NCBI RefSeq assembly: GCF_964194155.1
Contig: NC_135901.1
Location: forward strand, 34,038,001 to 34,102,000
Reading direction: 5' to 3'
Length of the DNA stretch: 64,000 nucleotides
Source: Cetorhinus maximus
Lineage: Eukaryota
Made by a program: the position numbers and the translations under genes. Of this stretch, positions 49,380-63,620 are shown one piece after another; positions within the stretch are counted from its first letter, which is position 1, and each line of letters opens with the position of its first letter. The notes below the pieces were generated by a model, which searched no databases, was not told the DNA's origin, and worked only from the letters and a program-made list of their open reading frames with translations.

Positions 49380-50560
49380 TGGTTAGACCGCACCTGAACC
49401 ACTGTAATTACAGCACAGAAAGAGGCCATTCAGTCCACTGGGTCTATGCTAACTTTCTGTAGAGCAATCCAGTCTGTCACATTCCCCTGATGTATCCCCA
49501 AAGCCCTGCAAGTTTTCTTACCTTAAATGCCGATCCAATCTCCTTTTGAAATCACTGATCATCTCTGCTTCCATCCCCCTCAAAGGCAGTGAGTTCTGGG
49601 TTATTAACACTCGCTGTGTAAAAAGCTCTTCCCTGCATTTGTCCTGTATCTATTGTCCATAACCTTAAATCTGTGTCCCTCAGTCCTTTGTACTATCACC
49701 TAATGGAAACAACTTTTTCTTTGTCCACCTTATCTAAACCTGTCACAATTTTGTCCACCTCTATCAAATCTCCCCTTAACTCTGTAACTCCAAGAAGAAC
49801 AACTCCAGCTTCTCCAATCTCACCTTGTAACTGAATTCCCCTTTTCCTGGAACTATTCTAGTAAATCTCCTCTGCATCCTCTCAAGGACCCTCACGTCTT
49901 TGCTAAAGTGTGGAGACCGGAATTGGATGCAATACTCTTGTGGTGACCTAGCCAGAGCTTTATAAAGGGTCGGCATATTTTCCTGCTTTTATACAGATTG
50001 TATCTGTTTATGAAGCCCAAGATCCCATGTATTTTGCTAACTGCTCTCTCAATATGTCCTGTCACCTCCAAACATCTGTGCACATCAACCCCCAGGCCCC
50101 CCTGTTCCTGCACACTCTTTATACCATTAAGTATCTATTGCGTCTCCCTATTCCTTCTGCCAGTATTCATCATCTCACTGTGAGGGTTGCATTTCCTGGA
50201 ATTTAGAAGATTGAGGAGGATTTTCTCAACGTTTTCTTGATATTAATTGAAAATGGTGTGGTATATGGAGGGAAATTATTTCCATTGGTTGGGGAATCCA
50301 GGACTGAGGAACATAGTCTAAAAATTAGAGCCACATCTTTCAGGAGTGAGATTAAGAAAATGTTCTTCAGGTAAAGTTGGGAGAAGTTTGGAATTCTCTT
50401 CCTGAACTGATATTTCATGCTTGATCAATGTTCAGTTTCAATCTGACATTGATCTTTGCTAACGCAAGGTATAAATTAAGGGACATGAGACAAAGGGTCA
50501 CAGATCATCCGTGATCTGATTGCATGGTGGGACAGGCTCGAGGGGCTAAATGGCCAACTG
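49380..50560. mobile_element. old CR1 fragments on both strands
   Basis: YCIQFRSPH..VLERMQRRFTR on -; CR1 tail on +. Confidence 0.7.
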
Positions 50561-50789
50561 CTAGATTTATTAAAACTTAGAACACAGAAAGAGCCATTCA
50601 ACCCCTTTGTGCTTGTGCTGTCTCTTTGAAAGAGCAGTCATGTTTAGTCCCACAAACCCACTTTCTGTTTGTAACCCTGTAAATTCCTCAATCTCAAATC
50701 AGTCAGCTCCCTTTTAAAATTCCTGATAGAATCAGGTTCCAGCAATTTTTCAGGTCGAATGTTCCAGATCCTGACGACTCCCTGTTGGT

Positions 50790-51110
50790 GCAGAAACTGC
50801 TGAACTCAATGTTGAGTCTGGAAGGTTGTAAAGTGCCGAGTTGAAAGATGAACAGCTGTTCCTCGAGCTCCCATTGAGCTTCATTGGAACAGCGCAGGAG
50901 GCCAAGGGCAGAGAGCTCAGAGTGGGAGTGGGACAGAGAATTAAAATGACAAGCGACCGGAAGCTCAGGGTGAAGCTCACAGACTGAACGGAGGTTGCTC
51001 CACAAAGTGATCACCCAATCTGTGTTTGGTCTTCCCAATGTCGAGCAGACCTCATCGTGAGCAGTGAGTACAGTAACTAAACTGCAAGAAGTACAAATAA
51101 ATAACTGTTT
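50790..51110 (-). mobile_element. Penelope-like GIY-YIG fragment
   Basis: LRSVCELHPELPVACHFNS..ELEEQLFIFQLGTLQPSRLNIEF. Confidence 0.8.
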
Positions 51111-51302
51111 GGTTTCATCTTGCAAAATCTTGAGAACAGCCTGAAGAAAGATACTTTACTTGAAGAATAAAGGTTAAAAAATAATTACATTGTCTATCTC
51201 AGGGTGTAATCCAACAACAACGCCTTGTATTTACAGGGAGGGTTGTGGGGCTGGAGGAGGTTACAGAAATACTGAGGATCCAGTTGACATTGTCTATCTC
51301 AC

Positions 51303-52180
51303 CGGTGTCAAATTCATTTTCCATGGTGGCTCTGATCCAATATCCTGACACTGGGTGGGGGTCACATTCAGCAGAAGTTATAAGAATGGAACTAGATATA
51401 GAAGCTATATCAGTATTTACTGACACCTCGATTTTATTTACTGCTCCTGCTGCTCCCGGTACCCGGCACTTCTTAGCTTGAACCATCACATTTGGAGCAA
51501 ATGACTGGGCTGAGGTCTGTCTCGGGTAAAAACGCGAGGACCACTTGTCAACACAGAATCATAGAAATTTACAGCACAGAGGAGGCCATTCAGCCCATCG
51601 TGTGTACCAGCCGAAAGCGAGCTATCCCATCTAATCCCACTTACCAGCTCTTGGTCTGTAGTCCTGTAGGTTACAGCACGTCCAGTGCATATCCCAATGC
51701 TTTTTAAATCTGTGTATTTCTGCCTTTACCACCCTTTCAGTCAGTGAGTTCCAAGACTCACCACCCTCTGGGTAAAAGCATTATTGAACTCCCCTCTAAT
51801 CCTTCCACCAATTACTTTAAATCTCTTTCCTCTTGGTTCTGACCTCTCTGTAAATGAAATAGTTCCTTCCAATCCACTCTATCTGGGATCCTGATAATTT
51901 TATGCACCTCAATTAAATCTCCCCACATTCCTCCCCGTCCCTAAGAAAACAACCCCAGCCTATCCAATCTTTCCTCAGTTAAAATTCTCCAGACCTGGCA
52001 ACATCCAGATAAATCTCTTCTGTGCCCTCTCCAGTGTGATCACATCCTTCCTGTAATGTGCTCACTAGAAATGGACTCAGTACTCTAGCTGTGCTCTAAC
52101 TAGTGTTTATTATATTTCTAGAATGACCGCTGTCTCACCTTCCATTAACTTCAATGTGATGGAAACTGACAGCTGAAACC
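51303..52180 (-). pseudogene. possible Ig C1-set pseudo-exon split by a CR1 insertion (~51555-52120)
   Basis: Minus-strand EGETAV(I) | ..SRFYPRQ..VSVNTDIASISSSILIT..; phase-1 donor accg|gtgaga; canonical Cys/Trp are not intact. Confidence 0.25.
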
Positions 52181-52734
52181 TGTCAGCAATTGAAAGATAT
52201 TTACAAATGTTTTGAGGGTTGCTTTCGGTCGGGATCTTTCTCTGTTCTGTCCACTCAAGGTGTTAGATAACAGACTTTCTCCTGTGAATATCAAGCTGGA
52301 CTATTGGTGTTCCCTTGTTCATCCTGCTGACTCTAAATATTGAATCTTGTGGTTTCAGACACCAGATAATCAAGCTCACAAAAATAGATTGTCTCTCACT
52401 GCCTTTATTAACAGCACCGCAATAATATGGACAGAGTATACTTCCCTGATCTGGAGAACAGGGATAATGTTGAGGTAGACTCCTCATTGTTTGTGTGTGT
52501 CCAAACTGTAAATGATTTAATCATTTTCTGTGGGTCCTCTCCTGACTGAAGAGATCGGTGTGGGATTGACATTGACGTTCTCAAAACTGGCCATTCATAT
52601 TGTTGTTGGTGGTGCTTGGGTTAACCTCTGCAGTTGCACCACCTCTGACCTTCCTCTGGGCGCGTCGGATGTTGAGTTTGGTGTAGATGGTCCTCGAAAC
52701 ATGCTGAACCAAATTTCAGTTCTTGCCTCCACTT

Positions 52735-53260
52735 AGAGACTCATAGACGTTTAGAGCACAGAAGGCGGCCATTCGGCCCATTGTGTCCATGCTGCTCACA
52801 AATCTGTGGACTAATTCCATTTTCCAGCGCTTGGCCCATAGCCCTGGAGGCTATGGCAATGCAAGTGAATATCTAAATACTTCTTAAATGTTACAAGAGT
52901 TTCTGACTCAACCACCCTTTCAGGCAGTGAGTTCCAGACTCCCACCGACCTGTGGGTGAAAAAACAAAATTCTCCTTAACTCTTCTCTTAACCTTCTACC
53001 TCTTACCTTAAATCTTTGTCCCCCCAGTTATTGGCCCCTCTACTAATGGGAAAAGTGCCTTCTTATCCATTCTATCTATGCCCCTCATAATCTTATTCAC
53101 CTCTATCAGGTCCCCTTCGCTGCTCCAAGGAAAACAACTCTAGCCTATCCAATCTTTCCTCATAGCTCAGACCCTCCAGCCCAGGCAGCATCCTGGTAAA
53201 TCTCCTCTGCACCATCTCCAGTGCTGTCACAGCCTTCCTATAATGTAGTGACCAGAACTC
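52735..53260 (-). mobile_element. CR1 LINE 3' end
   Basis: Close paralogue of 21410-21925. Confidence 0.88.
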
Positions 53261-53269
53261 AGCCAGCCG

Positions 53270-53692
53270 ACTGCAGTGTTTTCCGCAATGCAGAAGTTTA
53301 TGGGGCTCTTTTTTAGGGTGTCCTTGTATCAGTTGTACTGACCACCTTGATGCTGTTTGCCCTGAGACAGTCCCTCATGGAAGATCAGCTTGGGAATTCT
53401 GTGATTGTCCATGTGGGAAACATGGCCTGGACATCGGAGCTGAATTTTCTGGAGGGTGGTCTCCAAGCTGTTGAACCCAGCGTGATGGGAGAACCTCGTT
53501 GTTTGTGATTTTTGTCCTGCCATCTAATTCTCAGGATGGACCTCGGGTGTCTTTGGAGGATGTGTTCCAGAGCTTTGATGTGGCTCCAAGAACAGACCCA
53601 GGATTCTGCTCCATACAGCAGGGTGGTCAGGACAATGGCCTGGTAAAGTTTGGTTTTAGTTTTCAGTTTAATGCCATGCTGCTTCCAGACAG
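53270..53692 (-). mobile_element. RTE-clade LINE fragment
   Basis: QLRCPGHVSHMDNHRIPKLIFHEGLSQGK resembles the RTE QLRWxGHVxRMxxxRIPKxxxYGEL motif. Confidence 0.7.
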
Positions 53693-54273
53693 AATTAACA
53701 CTGCGGATTTAGAGCTAGGTTACATAGGGGATATGCAGCAAGTAGCCAGGCCATTCAGCCCAACCAGCTCATGCTTGTGTTTATGCACCACTCAAGTCTC
53801 CTCTCATCTTTTCTCATTCACATCTACCAATGTAACCATCTATTCCCTTCTTCCTCATAGACCTGTCCATTTTCCCCTGAAATGCATCTATTTTGTTCAC
53901 TTCTTGATGCGAATTCTATGCAATTCGCCCCTACCACGAGAGGGCAGATCTTTGGCCCGGTGGGGTAGTGAAAGGGCGGGAGGCAGCTGATCAGATTGAC
54001 TCAATCTTAGTCACAAAGAAGCTCCATGAGCTCCTCACGCTTGTTGTTGGAGGTGAGGATGGAGGTGATGGGAGAGGAAGAGCCCTTCAAAAGGAACTAA
54101 CTTGTGTTAAAGATACTAAAAAGACTCAGTACACTGTGTTTAACACAAAGCACTTCGATAACACAAATTACCCCCTATAACTGGGCTGGGGTTTATTAAG
54201 ATCAACAGAAACTGACCCCAGTGAACATGGTTCAGTCCTGGATGTGATTAACAGCAAAACCCAATCACTGTAG

Positions 54274-54892
54274 TTACTTGTGAACTCGCTGGTGTCTCAG
54301 CACGTTGGATGTCTGAGTGAATCCCTTCACAAACTCGTAGCAGGTGATTGGCTTCTCCGCAATGTGAATTCGCTGGTGTTTAGTGCGGTCAGATGACTAC
54401 CTGAACCCAGACCCGCAGTGAGAGCACCTGAACGGTCTCTCGATAGTGTGAACACGTTCACGGGACATCAGGTACCTAGAACATTTCAAGCACTTCCCAC
54501 GGTCTGGGCATCTAAAAAGTTTCTCCCCAGTGTGAACTTGCTGGTGCGTCTTAAGGTTGGATAGCTGAGGGAATCCCTTCCCACACAAGGAGCAGATGAA
54601 TGGCCTCTCCCCAGTGTGAATTTGCTGGTGTCTCAGGAGGTGGTGTAACTGAGCGAATCCCTCCCCACACTCTGAGCAGGTTGAACTGTCTCTCCCTAGT
54701 GTGACTGCGTCGATGAGTTTCCGGATGAAACGGGGATTCAAATCCCTTCCCACAGGCCCCACATTTCCACGGTTTCTCCCCATTGTGACTACATTTATGT
54801 TTTGACAGGCCAGATGATCAGCTGGAGCCTTGCTCACACACAGAACATGTGTATGGTTTCTGCCCACTATGAACGGTGCTTTGTCCTTCCAT
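54274..54892 (-). pseudogene. ZNF pseudogene F (C/D subtype), frameshifted, ~7 fingers
   Basis: aacATGg start, frame change near 54685, substituted Cys/His and in-frame stop; shares flanks with gene D in inverted orientation. Confidence 0.85.
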
Positions 54893-55569
54893 GTTCAAAA
54901 TCCGATGATATACAGGTTAGGATAAATTGGGCGACTCTGTCAGATCCTGGTGTGATGTTTGGTTTGAGTTCCTTGTCTGCAAGTCTTCCCTTCTAATACC
55001 CTGTGAAATTGATTTAAAACAGAATAAAAGGAGAGAGAGAGAACACCCAAAAACAGAAAGGCAGGTTGTGAAATTGAGCTGAATGAATCTGGGAAGTTGT
55101 GGGGCCGGCACTAGGAAAAAGTGACAATGAAAACTGCTGGATTATCATAAAAACCCAACTGGTTCACTAATATCCTTCAGGGAAGGGAACCTGCCACCCA
55201 GTCTGGGCCTGCACAAGAGTCTGGCCTCTATGGGGAGAGAGAGAGAGAGAGAGTGAAGGTGGGGGTAGGGGGTAGGAAGTGCAGGAGGCGAAGGAGAGGA
55301 ATTGTATATATTTACAACTGAACCAGGACTTTGACAGAATCTTCCATTTCATTGATTTTGAATTCAATAAAAAGAATCTGGAATTAAAAATCTAATGATG
55401 ACCATGAAACCATTGTGGATTGTTGTAAAAACCCATCTGGTTCACTATTGTCCTTTAGAGAAGGAAATCTGCCGTCCTCACCTGGGGATGGGTAATAAAT
55501 GCTGGTCCAGCCAGCGATGCCCACATCCCACGAATGAACAAATAAAAACACAAAATCAGAAATGGTTAT

Positions 55570-55950
55570 TCATGGCCTGAGGCCTGCAGCCGGTGTTTAT
55601 GGAGCCTCCCCGCTCAATCCCCGGCTCCGATTCACCCTCACCCACCCACTGGCTCCATTCCTCCCGCATCCGACACCGCGACCATCCTCCCAGCACCGGA
55701 ACTGTGCATGCTCTAATCAGAGCCCGGAGTGCGCAAGTTCCACAGTCCGCTGTGGCTCAGTTCATAGCACCCTCGCCTTTGAGTCAGAAGGTTGTGGGTT
55801 CATGTCCCACTCCCGGAAACCAAGAACTGTGAATGTACTCGAAAGAGTTACATGCGATCTGTTGATAACTCGAAAGAGTTACAGACTGGAACTGCGCATG
55901 CTCCAAACACAGCCTGGCACTGTTCCTGCGCAATGATCTCCCGCAGTGCG
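55570..55950 (-). promoter_or_regulatory. decayed ZNF promoter cassette (gene F)
   Basis: CpG-rich; actgtgcatgctc and actgcgcatgctcc; arm similar to reverse complement of 9370-9430. Confidence 0.55.
55745..55820 (+). mobile_element. tRNA-derived SINE head (DeuSINE-like)
   Basis: A box tggctcagtt.. and B box ggttcatgtcc; gcctttgagtcagaaggttgtgggttc. Confidence 0.6.
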
Positions 55951-56224
55951 GATAGAGCATATTCTTGCTCTCGGTGAATGCTGGGTAACCGCAGTGCCAT
56001 TGAGGAGCGATAACATTGAATACAGAATCATCCGATTATGATTGGAGCCAAACGTATGATATTATGTCAATTGATACAGCCAGCAGATTCATGGGAGGGG
56101 AACCTGTCACCTGGTCTGTGTTCCTACATGAGGAGAGAGTGGAAGATGGGACAGGGTGAAAATGAAGGATTTTATCAATCAGCAACAGAGTCAGAATTCT
56201 GACAGCCTCGACTGAGTTCACAAC

Positions 56225-57798
56225 GCTGTCTAGCTTCCAGACTTAACATTGAGTTCATCAACTTCAGATCGTGAACTCTCTCCTCCATCCTTACCCATTT
56301 TTTGATCCCCTTTTTGCTAATAATTATTATATATTTTTTAATATGTTTTTTTTCTTTTCCCACCTATTTCTATTATTATTTTTAAAATTTATTTCCATCC
56401 ATTGTTTTATCTCCACCTTTTAGCCTATTTCGATCCCTTCCCCCCATCCCACCTCCACTGGGGCTATCTGCCACTTGCTCATCCTGCTTTCTACTCTTAA
56501 TGTTACCATTAGCACATCCTTTAGCTAATATCACCACCGTCAACACCCCTTTGATCTTTTGTTTATGACATCTTTGGCAATCTGTCCTTTGCCTTCACCT
56601 ATCACTGGCCCTCTATCCAGCTCCACCTGTCCCACTCCCTTAAGCAGCTTATATTTCACCACATTTCTATTTCACTTTAGTTCTGATGAAGACTCAAAAC
56701 ATTAACTCTGTCTTCCTCTCCACAGATGCTGTCAGACCTGCTGAGTTTTTCCAGCAATTTTTGTTTTTGTTTCAGATTTCCAGCATCCCCAGCATTTTGC
56801 TTTTATCTTAGTGTTTAATTGGCTGCCACATCTCTTCCAGGAATGCCTACCTTGAAGAAGTACTGCTCTTCGCTCCGACGGGATTTCCGCTTGTCTCTTT
56901 TTCCCTGTTCACTTTCATTGCTTTCCATTTCTGTCCTGGTGTTTGACAAGGTGTTTACTAAAACTTGCTTTCACAGCCATATTTCCTTCCTCAGTGACTG
57001 TCTCTGTCTCCAACTTACCCCATGTGGATTCCAACTGAAGTTCCATCCCTCATGTTTCAAACCTACCCAGGATTACAGTTATCTCTGGGACATGCAACGC
57101 TCCTCGGACTGCTGTTCTTCCATACTCAGTGCCATGCGCCGCTATATGAACACACTCGACCTCTCCCTCCAGCAGCACTGACTCACCCTATCTCTAAGCT
57201 GTCCTTTCCCCCAGTTTCATTTTATTCTTCGTCTCATCCGACGCTTTAACAAGAAACTTTGTCTCTTTCTTTCAGATGCAAAGGAACGCAAGCTCCAACG
57301 ACTCATCGACACCAACGTCCATCCAGGACCCTCCATCCCTGCCCGTCCCTCTGACCCCATCCCATCTTCTAATCCCAGCCCCGGCCGTGTATTCATCATA
57401 CCCCCGACCTTCCCCTTTCTGATGCTGAACATTCAGTGTTCAGCAAAGGACTCAGTTTCATACCCTCACGCCCTCACAATGAATTCTGGGCTCGGCACGA
57501 TGCTCAACTCTTCTGCCGCCTTCATCTCCGTGCTCGCTTCTTTGGGCAGGAGTCCTCCCCCCGTTCAATGGATCCTTTCACCTGCCTCCAATATTCTCCC
57601 TCCACCTAGACCCCTCCCTCTGGATTCTTACCTGCTCTTTTCATTGAGAACTGTTGGCATGACATCAGTCATCTCAATTTCTCTGTTCCTCTCACCCGCT
57701 CTAATCTGTCTCTTTCTGAACTTGCCGCGCTCCATTCTCTCAGGTCCAACCCTGACTTTGTCATCAAACCTGCTGACAAGGGTGGTGCTGTTGTTGTG
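56225..57798 (+). mobile_element. Penelope family 1: 3' tail (pLTR) followed by 5' ORF start up to the DKG motif
   Basis: Tail with ctgatga at ~56683, then decayed ORF ending VIKPADKGGAVVV. Confidence 0.85.
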
Positions 57799-57889
57799 AT
57801 CTGTAGTTTATGTCTTGAACTGTGATTAATTATTGAGCTATTTATCAGTTATGAGTGTCTTTAAATATAGTTGCAATTTCATCACTTTC

Positions 57890-59740
57890 CTGGTTTTCCT
57901 CACTTCCTGGCACTAATATTAAATCCTCCTTCATCTTAAATGGAAGGATCAGCCCAGCTGACAAACCAGTCAGTTTAACCTCGGTGTGGTAAAGCATTAA
58001 GAAGCAGGAACTCAGGAGAAAATTAAGAGTCACCCGCACAATTGGGGGTTAATTAAGGAATGCTGGCATGGATCTGTTAAGGGGAAATCGAGTTGAATTA
58101 ACTTGCTTGAGCTGTTTGATGAGGTAACAGGGAAGATTGATGAGGATGAAAGCAAAAGCTCTTAAGAAGAATCATACGGATTCGAAACATTCACTCTGTT
58201 TCTCTCTCCACAGGTGCTGCCTGACCTGCTGAGTTTTTCCAGCATTTCCTGTTCTTATTTATTATAGGTTGATGGGGGTAATATGATGAAGGTTGAGACA
58301 CACATCAACTTCTAAATGGCATTTGATGAAGTAAATTGCAGCCGGCTTGTCTGCAAATGTAAAGCCAATGGGGCTGAGTCTGCATGGATACGAAGTTGGC
58401 TAGATGGCATGAAACAAAAAACAGTGGTGAATGGCTGTTTTTCAGATTGACCCCTTGGGACCCCACTGTATTAGGACCACTGTTTTTATTGATAGATATG
58501 AATGATCTAGACTTTTGTGTGCAGGCCAAAATATCAAAATTTGCAGTCTGTACTAAATTTTCAAGTTTTGTTAACTGTGAGGAGGATAGCGATAAACCTC
58601 AAGAGGACATAGACAAGCTGGTAGAATGGGCAGACAGGTGGTAGATGAAATTTAAAGTCAGACAGGTCTGAAGTGATTCATTCTTATCAGAAGGAAGAGG
58701 AGGGATAATATGAAGTAAAGGATACAAATACAAAAGGGTACTGGAAGAGAGGAACCTGGGGCTATATGTGCACAGATCAATGAAGATGGCAGGGCAGGTT
58801 GAGAAAACAGTTAATAAAGCGTGTAGGATTCTGGGCTTTATAAACGGGGGGCATATAAAAGTACAAAATCAAGGAAGTTACAATAAGAACAAAGAAAAGT
58901 ACAGCACAGGAACAGGCCCTTCGGCCCTCCAAGCCTGAGCCGATCATTTTGCCCATCAACTAAAACATTTTGCCCATCAACTAAAACATTTTGCACTTCC
59001 GGGGTCCATATCCCTCTATTCCCATCCTATTCATGTATTTGTCAAGCTGCCTCTTAAATACCACTAATGTACCTGCTTCCACCACCTCCTCTGGCAGCAA
59101 ATTCCAGACACTCACTACCCTCTGTGTAAAAAACTTGCCCCGCACATCACCTTTATAGTTTTCTCCTCTCACCTTAAATCTATGTCCCCTAGTAATTGAC
59201 TCTTCCACCCTGGCAAAAAGCTTCTGACTATCTGCTCTGTCCATGCCACTCATAATTTTGTAAACTTCGATCAAGTCGCCCCTCAATCTCCGTCGCTCTA
59301 GTGAGAACAATCCAAGTTTCTCCAACCTCTCCTCATAGTTAATAACCTCCAGACCAGGCAGCATCCTGGTAAATCTCCTCTGCACCCTCTCCAATGTCTC
59401 CATATCCTTCTGGTAATGTGGTGACCAGAATTGCACGCAATATTCCAAGTGTGGCCTAACCAAGGTTCTATACAGCTGCAGCATGACTTCCCAGCTTTTA
59501 TACTCAATACCCCTGCCAATGAAGGCAAGCATGCCATATGCCTTCCTGACTACCTAAGCCTGAATAAAACACTCATTTGGCTCCAACTGCAATACTGTGT
59601 CTAATTCTGAGCAACCCATTTTAAGAAGAATGTGAAGCATCAGAGAGAGTGCAAAAAAGATTCACGAGAATGGTTCCAGAGATGAGGAGCTTCAGTTTGG
59701 TGGTTAGATTTGTGAGGTTGGGTTTGTTTTCCTTGGAAGG
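57890..59740. mobile_element. old plus-strand CR1 with nested Penelope tail (58146-58262) and young minus-strand CR1 3' end (58885-59553)
   Basis: The 183-aa minus-strand ORF is nearly identical to the C-terminus of ORF 47614-48582. Confidence 0.85.
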
Positions 59741-60084
59741 CGAACTGTTCTCTTCTATCTTTTCTGGACCCTCTGCCTTCACGTCCTTCAGAAATTGTAG
59801 CCATTCATTGGCGGGGGTGTTAACCAGCATTGCCCACAAAAAACAATGTGTTTTATCCTCTGGAAAACAATTTATATCTTTAAAAATCATTTTGTCTACA
59901 GTTTAATATTTGTCACTATTTTGGTTTCATGGAGCTCCTGTTATGAGTTTTTAGACAGTTCTGTGCCAAGTGGATGAGATGTTTAAAGGTAATTAATTTC
60001 CCCCTTTGCATGTCGATGTTCGTTAAAGACACAGAGAATGATTTCCCCTGCATTAAGTATCTATTTACGATACTTGGATGGACA

Positions 60085-60430
60085 GGAATTCACCAAGGCT
60101 CCTTAGACAGCACCTTCGAAACCCAAGACTGCTACCACCTAGAAGGCCAAGGGCAGCAGATAGATTCCCATCTATCACCACCACCCAGAAGTTCGCCTCC
60201 AAGTCACTCACCAGCCTGACTTGGAAATATATCGGCCGTTCCTTCACTGTTGCTGGATCAAAATCCTGGAACACGCTTCTTAACAGCACTGTGGGTGTAT
60301 CTACACCACATGTACTGCAAGCGGTTCAAGAAGGCAGCTCACCACCACCTTCCGAAGGGCAACTGGGCACAGGCAATAAATGCTGGCTCAGCCAGCGAAT
60401 CCGACATCCCATGAATGAATATAAATAAAA
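60085..60430 (+). mobile_element. non-LTR retrotransposon 3' end
   Basis: LRQHLRNPR..LTWKYIGRSFTVAGSKSWNTL; tail aataaatgctggc..catcccatgaatgaat. Confidence 0.65.
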
Positions 60431-60629
60431 AATTTCCACTCCCCTTCTTTCTGGTGGATAATGGATGGTCTACACATTTAGATTTCTGTATAATTTGATT
60501 GCTAATGTTACGGATTAGCCCACTGCCTCAATCTCCACATCATAGTAATAAAATGACTATTTAGCAATTGGACATTCAATGGCAACCCAGCATTCCCCGC
60601 GGCAATGAATGTCCCCTACCCACACCACT

Positions 60630-60970
60630 GCAGAGCAGTGCGCAGGCGCAGTTCCGGAGTCTTCAGAGCATGCGCAGTGCCAGTGATGGCGATGGGGAGA
60701 GACGCTCCTTGGTCACATCTGCAGCGGGTAAGGATGTTGAAACGCGGAGGGAGCGATGGAGCTGGCGGCTGGACGGGGAGGGCTTCTAAACACCTTGTGA
60801 AGGCCTCAGACCCCGAATAAAAACCTGCAGGTCCCGCGTTTGCAGCTCCGGGTCTTTTTCCCGGGGCCAAGCCCAGATTAACAGTCGCCATCTTGTTTCA
60901 GTGGGGAACAGGGCGCATGCGCGGCTACCTTGGTGACGCAAGAGAGCGGGCGGGACTATGGCGTCACTGT
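60630..60970 (+). promoter_or_regulatory. CpG-island ZNF promoter cassette (gene G)
   Basis: tgcgcaggcgca, gagcatgcgcagt, donor cgg|gtaagg at ~60728, cgccatctt, gcgcatgcgc. Confidence 0.72.
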
Positions 60971-62095
60971 TCCCAACCGGGTCCTAGTGCCTGGGAGAGG
61001 CATGTCCAGGGCTACAGGATTTGAAGCAGCTTCACCCACTCCCAGACTGCAGGTGTTTTTTGCAGCCGAGAGAAGTCCATGGGCCATGTATCTATTCAGG
61101 GTGAAAGATTGAAGCCCCTTTGGGACTGATCCTCAGCCTTTGGTGAGACTTCAGCCCCACAGTCCTAACCTTTGACTGCCAGTGTGGAGGGGGAGTGGGT
61201 AAGTCAGAAAATCTTCTACTGCATACAAACAAAATACTGCGGATGCTGGAATTCTGAAATAAGAACCGGAAAAGCTCAGCAGGTCTGACAGCATCTGTTG
61301 AGAGAGAAATTTCAAGCCCCTTTGACTCTTCAGATCTTCTCCTGTAACTGCTCATGGGCCTGGTTAAAACAGAGATTTGTAGATCCAGGATGGGTGTCAC
61401 ACACATGGGGGTGGTCATACTGGCTGCTGACCTCTCTTCTGTGGTCTTGACCCTGCTCAGGTGTCCCTGGAGAGGGAATTTGTGGTGTCTACATATTTTG
61501 ATATCTCCCACAACCAGTGAGCACCTCAGGGTATTAAGTGTCTCATAGACATTGGAATCTACATTCTGGTTTAGTTAGGAAGGTTCCCCCTGCTTTTGTT
61601 GGGACTTTGTTGCTGATTTGGGCTTCTTGTAGTTTGATTGGACCACATGTTTGGGGAAAGAATGTCCTAAAGAAACTCAAATTGCATGTTTGAATTTCTG
61701 TCCTGTATTTACAGTGATGATTTTTGTAAACTCCTTTTACAGGGTACAAGAGAGAGATGATTTACAGATGGGAAACTCAAACCAAACATCACATCAAGAT
61801 CTGACAGAGTCACTTGATTCATCAGGACCCGAATATCATTGATCTTTGAATGCGGAAGGAGAAATATTTGTCAGTGGGAAAAGATTTGAATCATCAGTGT
61901 GACTGGAAAAGCACCAAGACACAAACACACGAGTGAGAGTGCTCCAGTGCACTGACTGTGGAAGAAGCTTTAACCTGTTACACCATCTGAATAAAACATC
62001 TCATTCACTGCAGGGAGAAACTGTGCAAGTGTTCTTTGTGTGGACAAGGATTCAACTGATCATCCAACCTGGAGAGACACAGGGACACCGACACC

Positions 62096-63274
<1,179 letters not shown>

Positions 63275-63529
63275 CTTCCAGGGTTGGATTCTGCTGTTAC
63301 TGCTGCTGTAAATCACTACCAGGACTGAACCACGCTCATTCTCACAGTTGGGGTTTGTTTTGGCTGATGTTACTAACCCCTGTAATTGGGCTGGAGTTCA
63401 ATAAAGGTTAAATAAATCAGCTTTGTGTCAAATACAGTGCTCGAGTCCATGATTTCTCTACGATAAGAGGAGACTGATTGATGTTCTGTTACTGACTTTT
63501 CTGGTCTTGGTCCTTTTCTGCTTTGTTGT

Positions 63530-63620
63530 TGGAAGACTTCTATTTATATAGCACCTTACACAGCTTCAGGATGTTCCAAAGTGCTTTACAGCCAGTGAAG
63601 TCTTTTTGAAGTGTAGTCAA
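63530..63620 (-). mobile_element. DeuSINE/L2-type 3' tail
   Basis: Reverse complement reads gactacacttcaaaaag..tggctgtaaagcactttgg..tgctatataaat. Confidence 0.6.
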
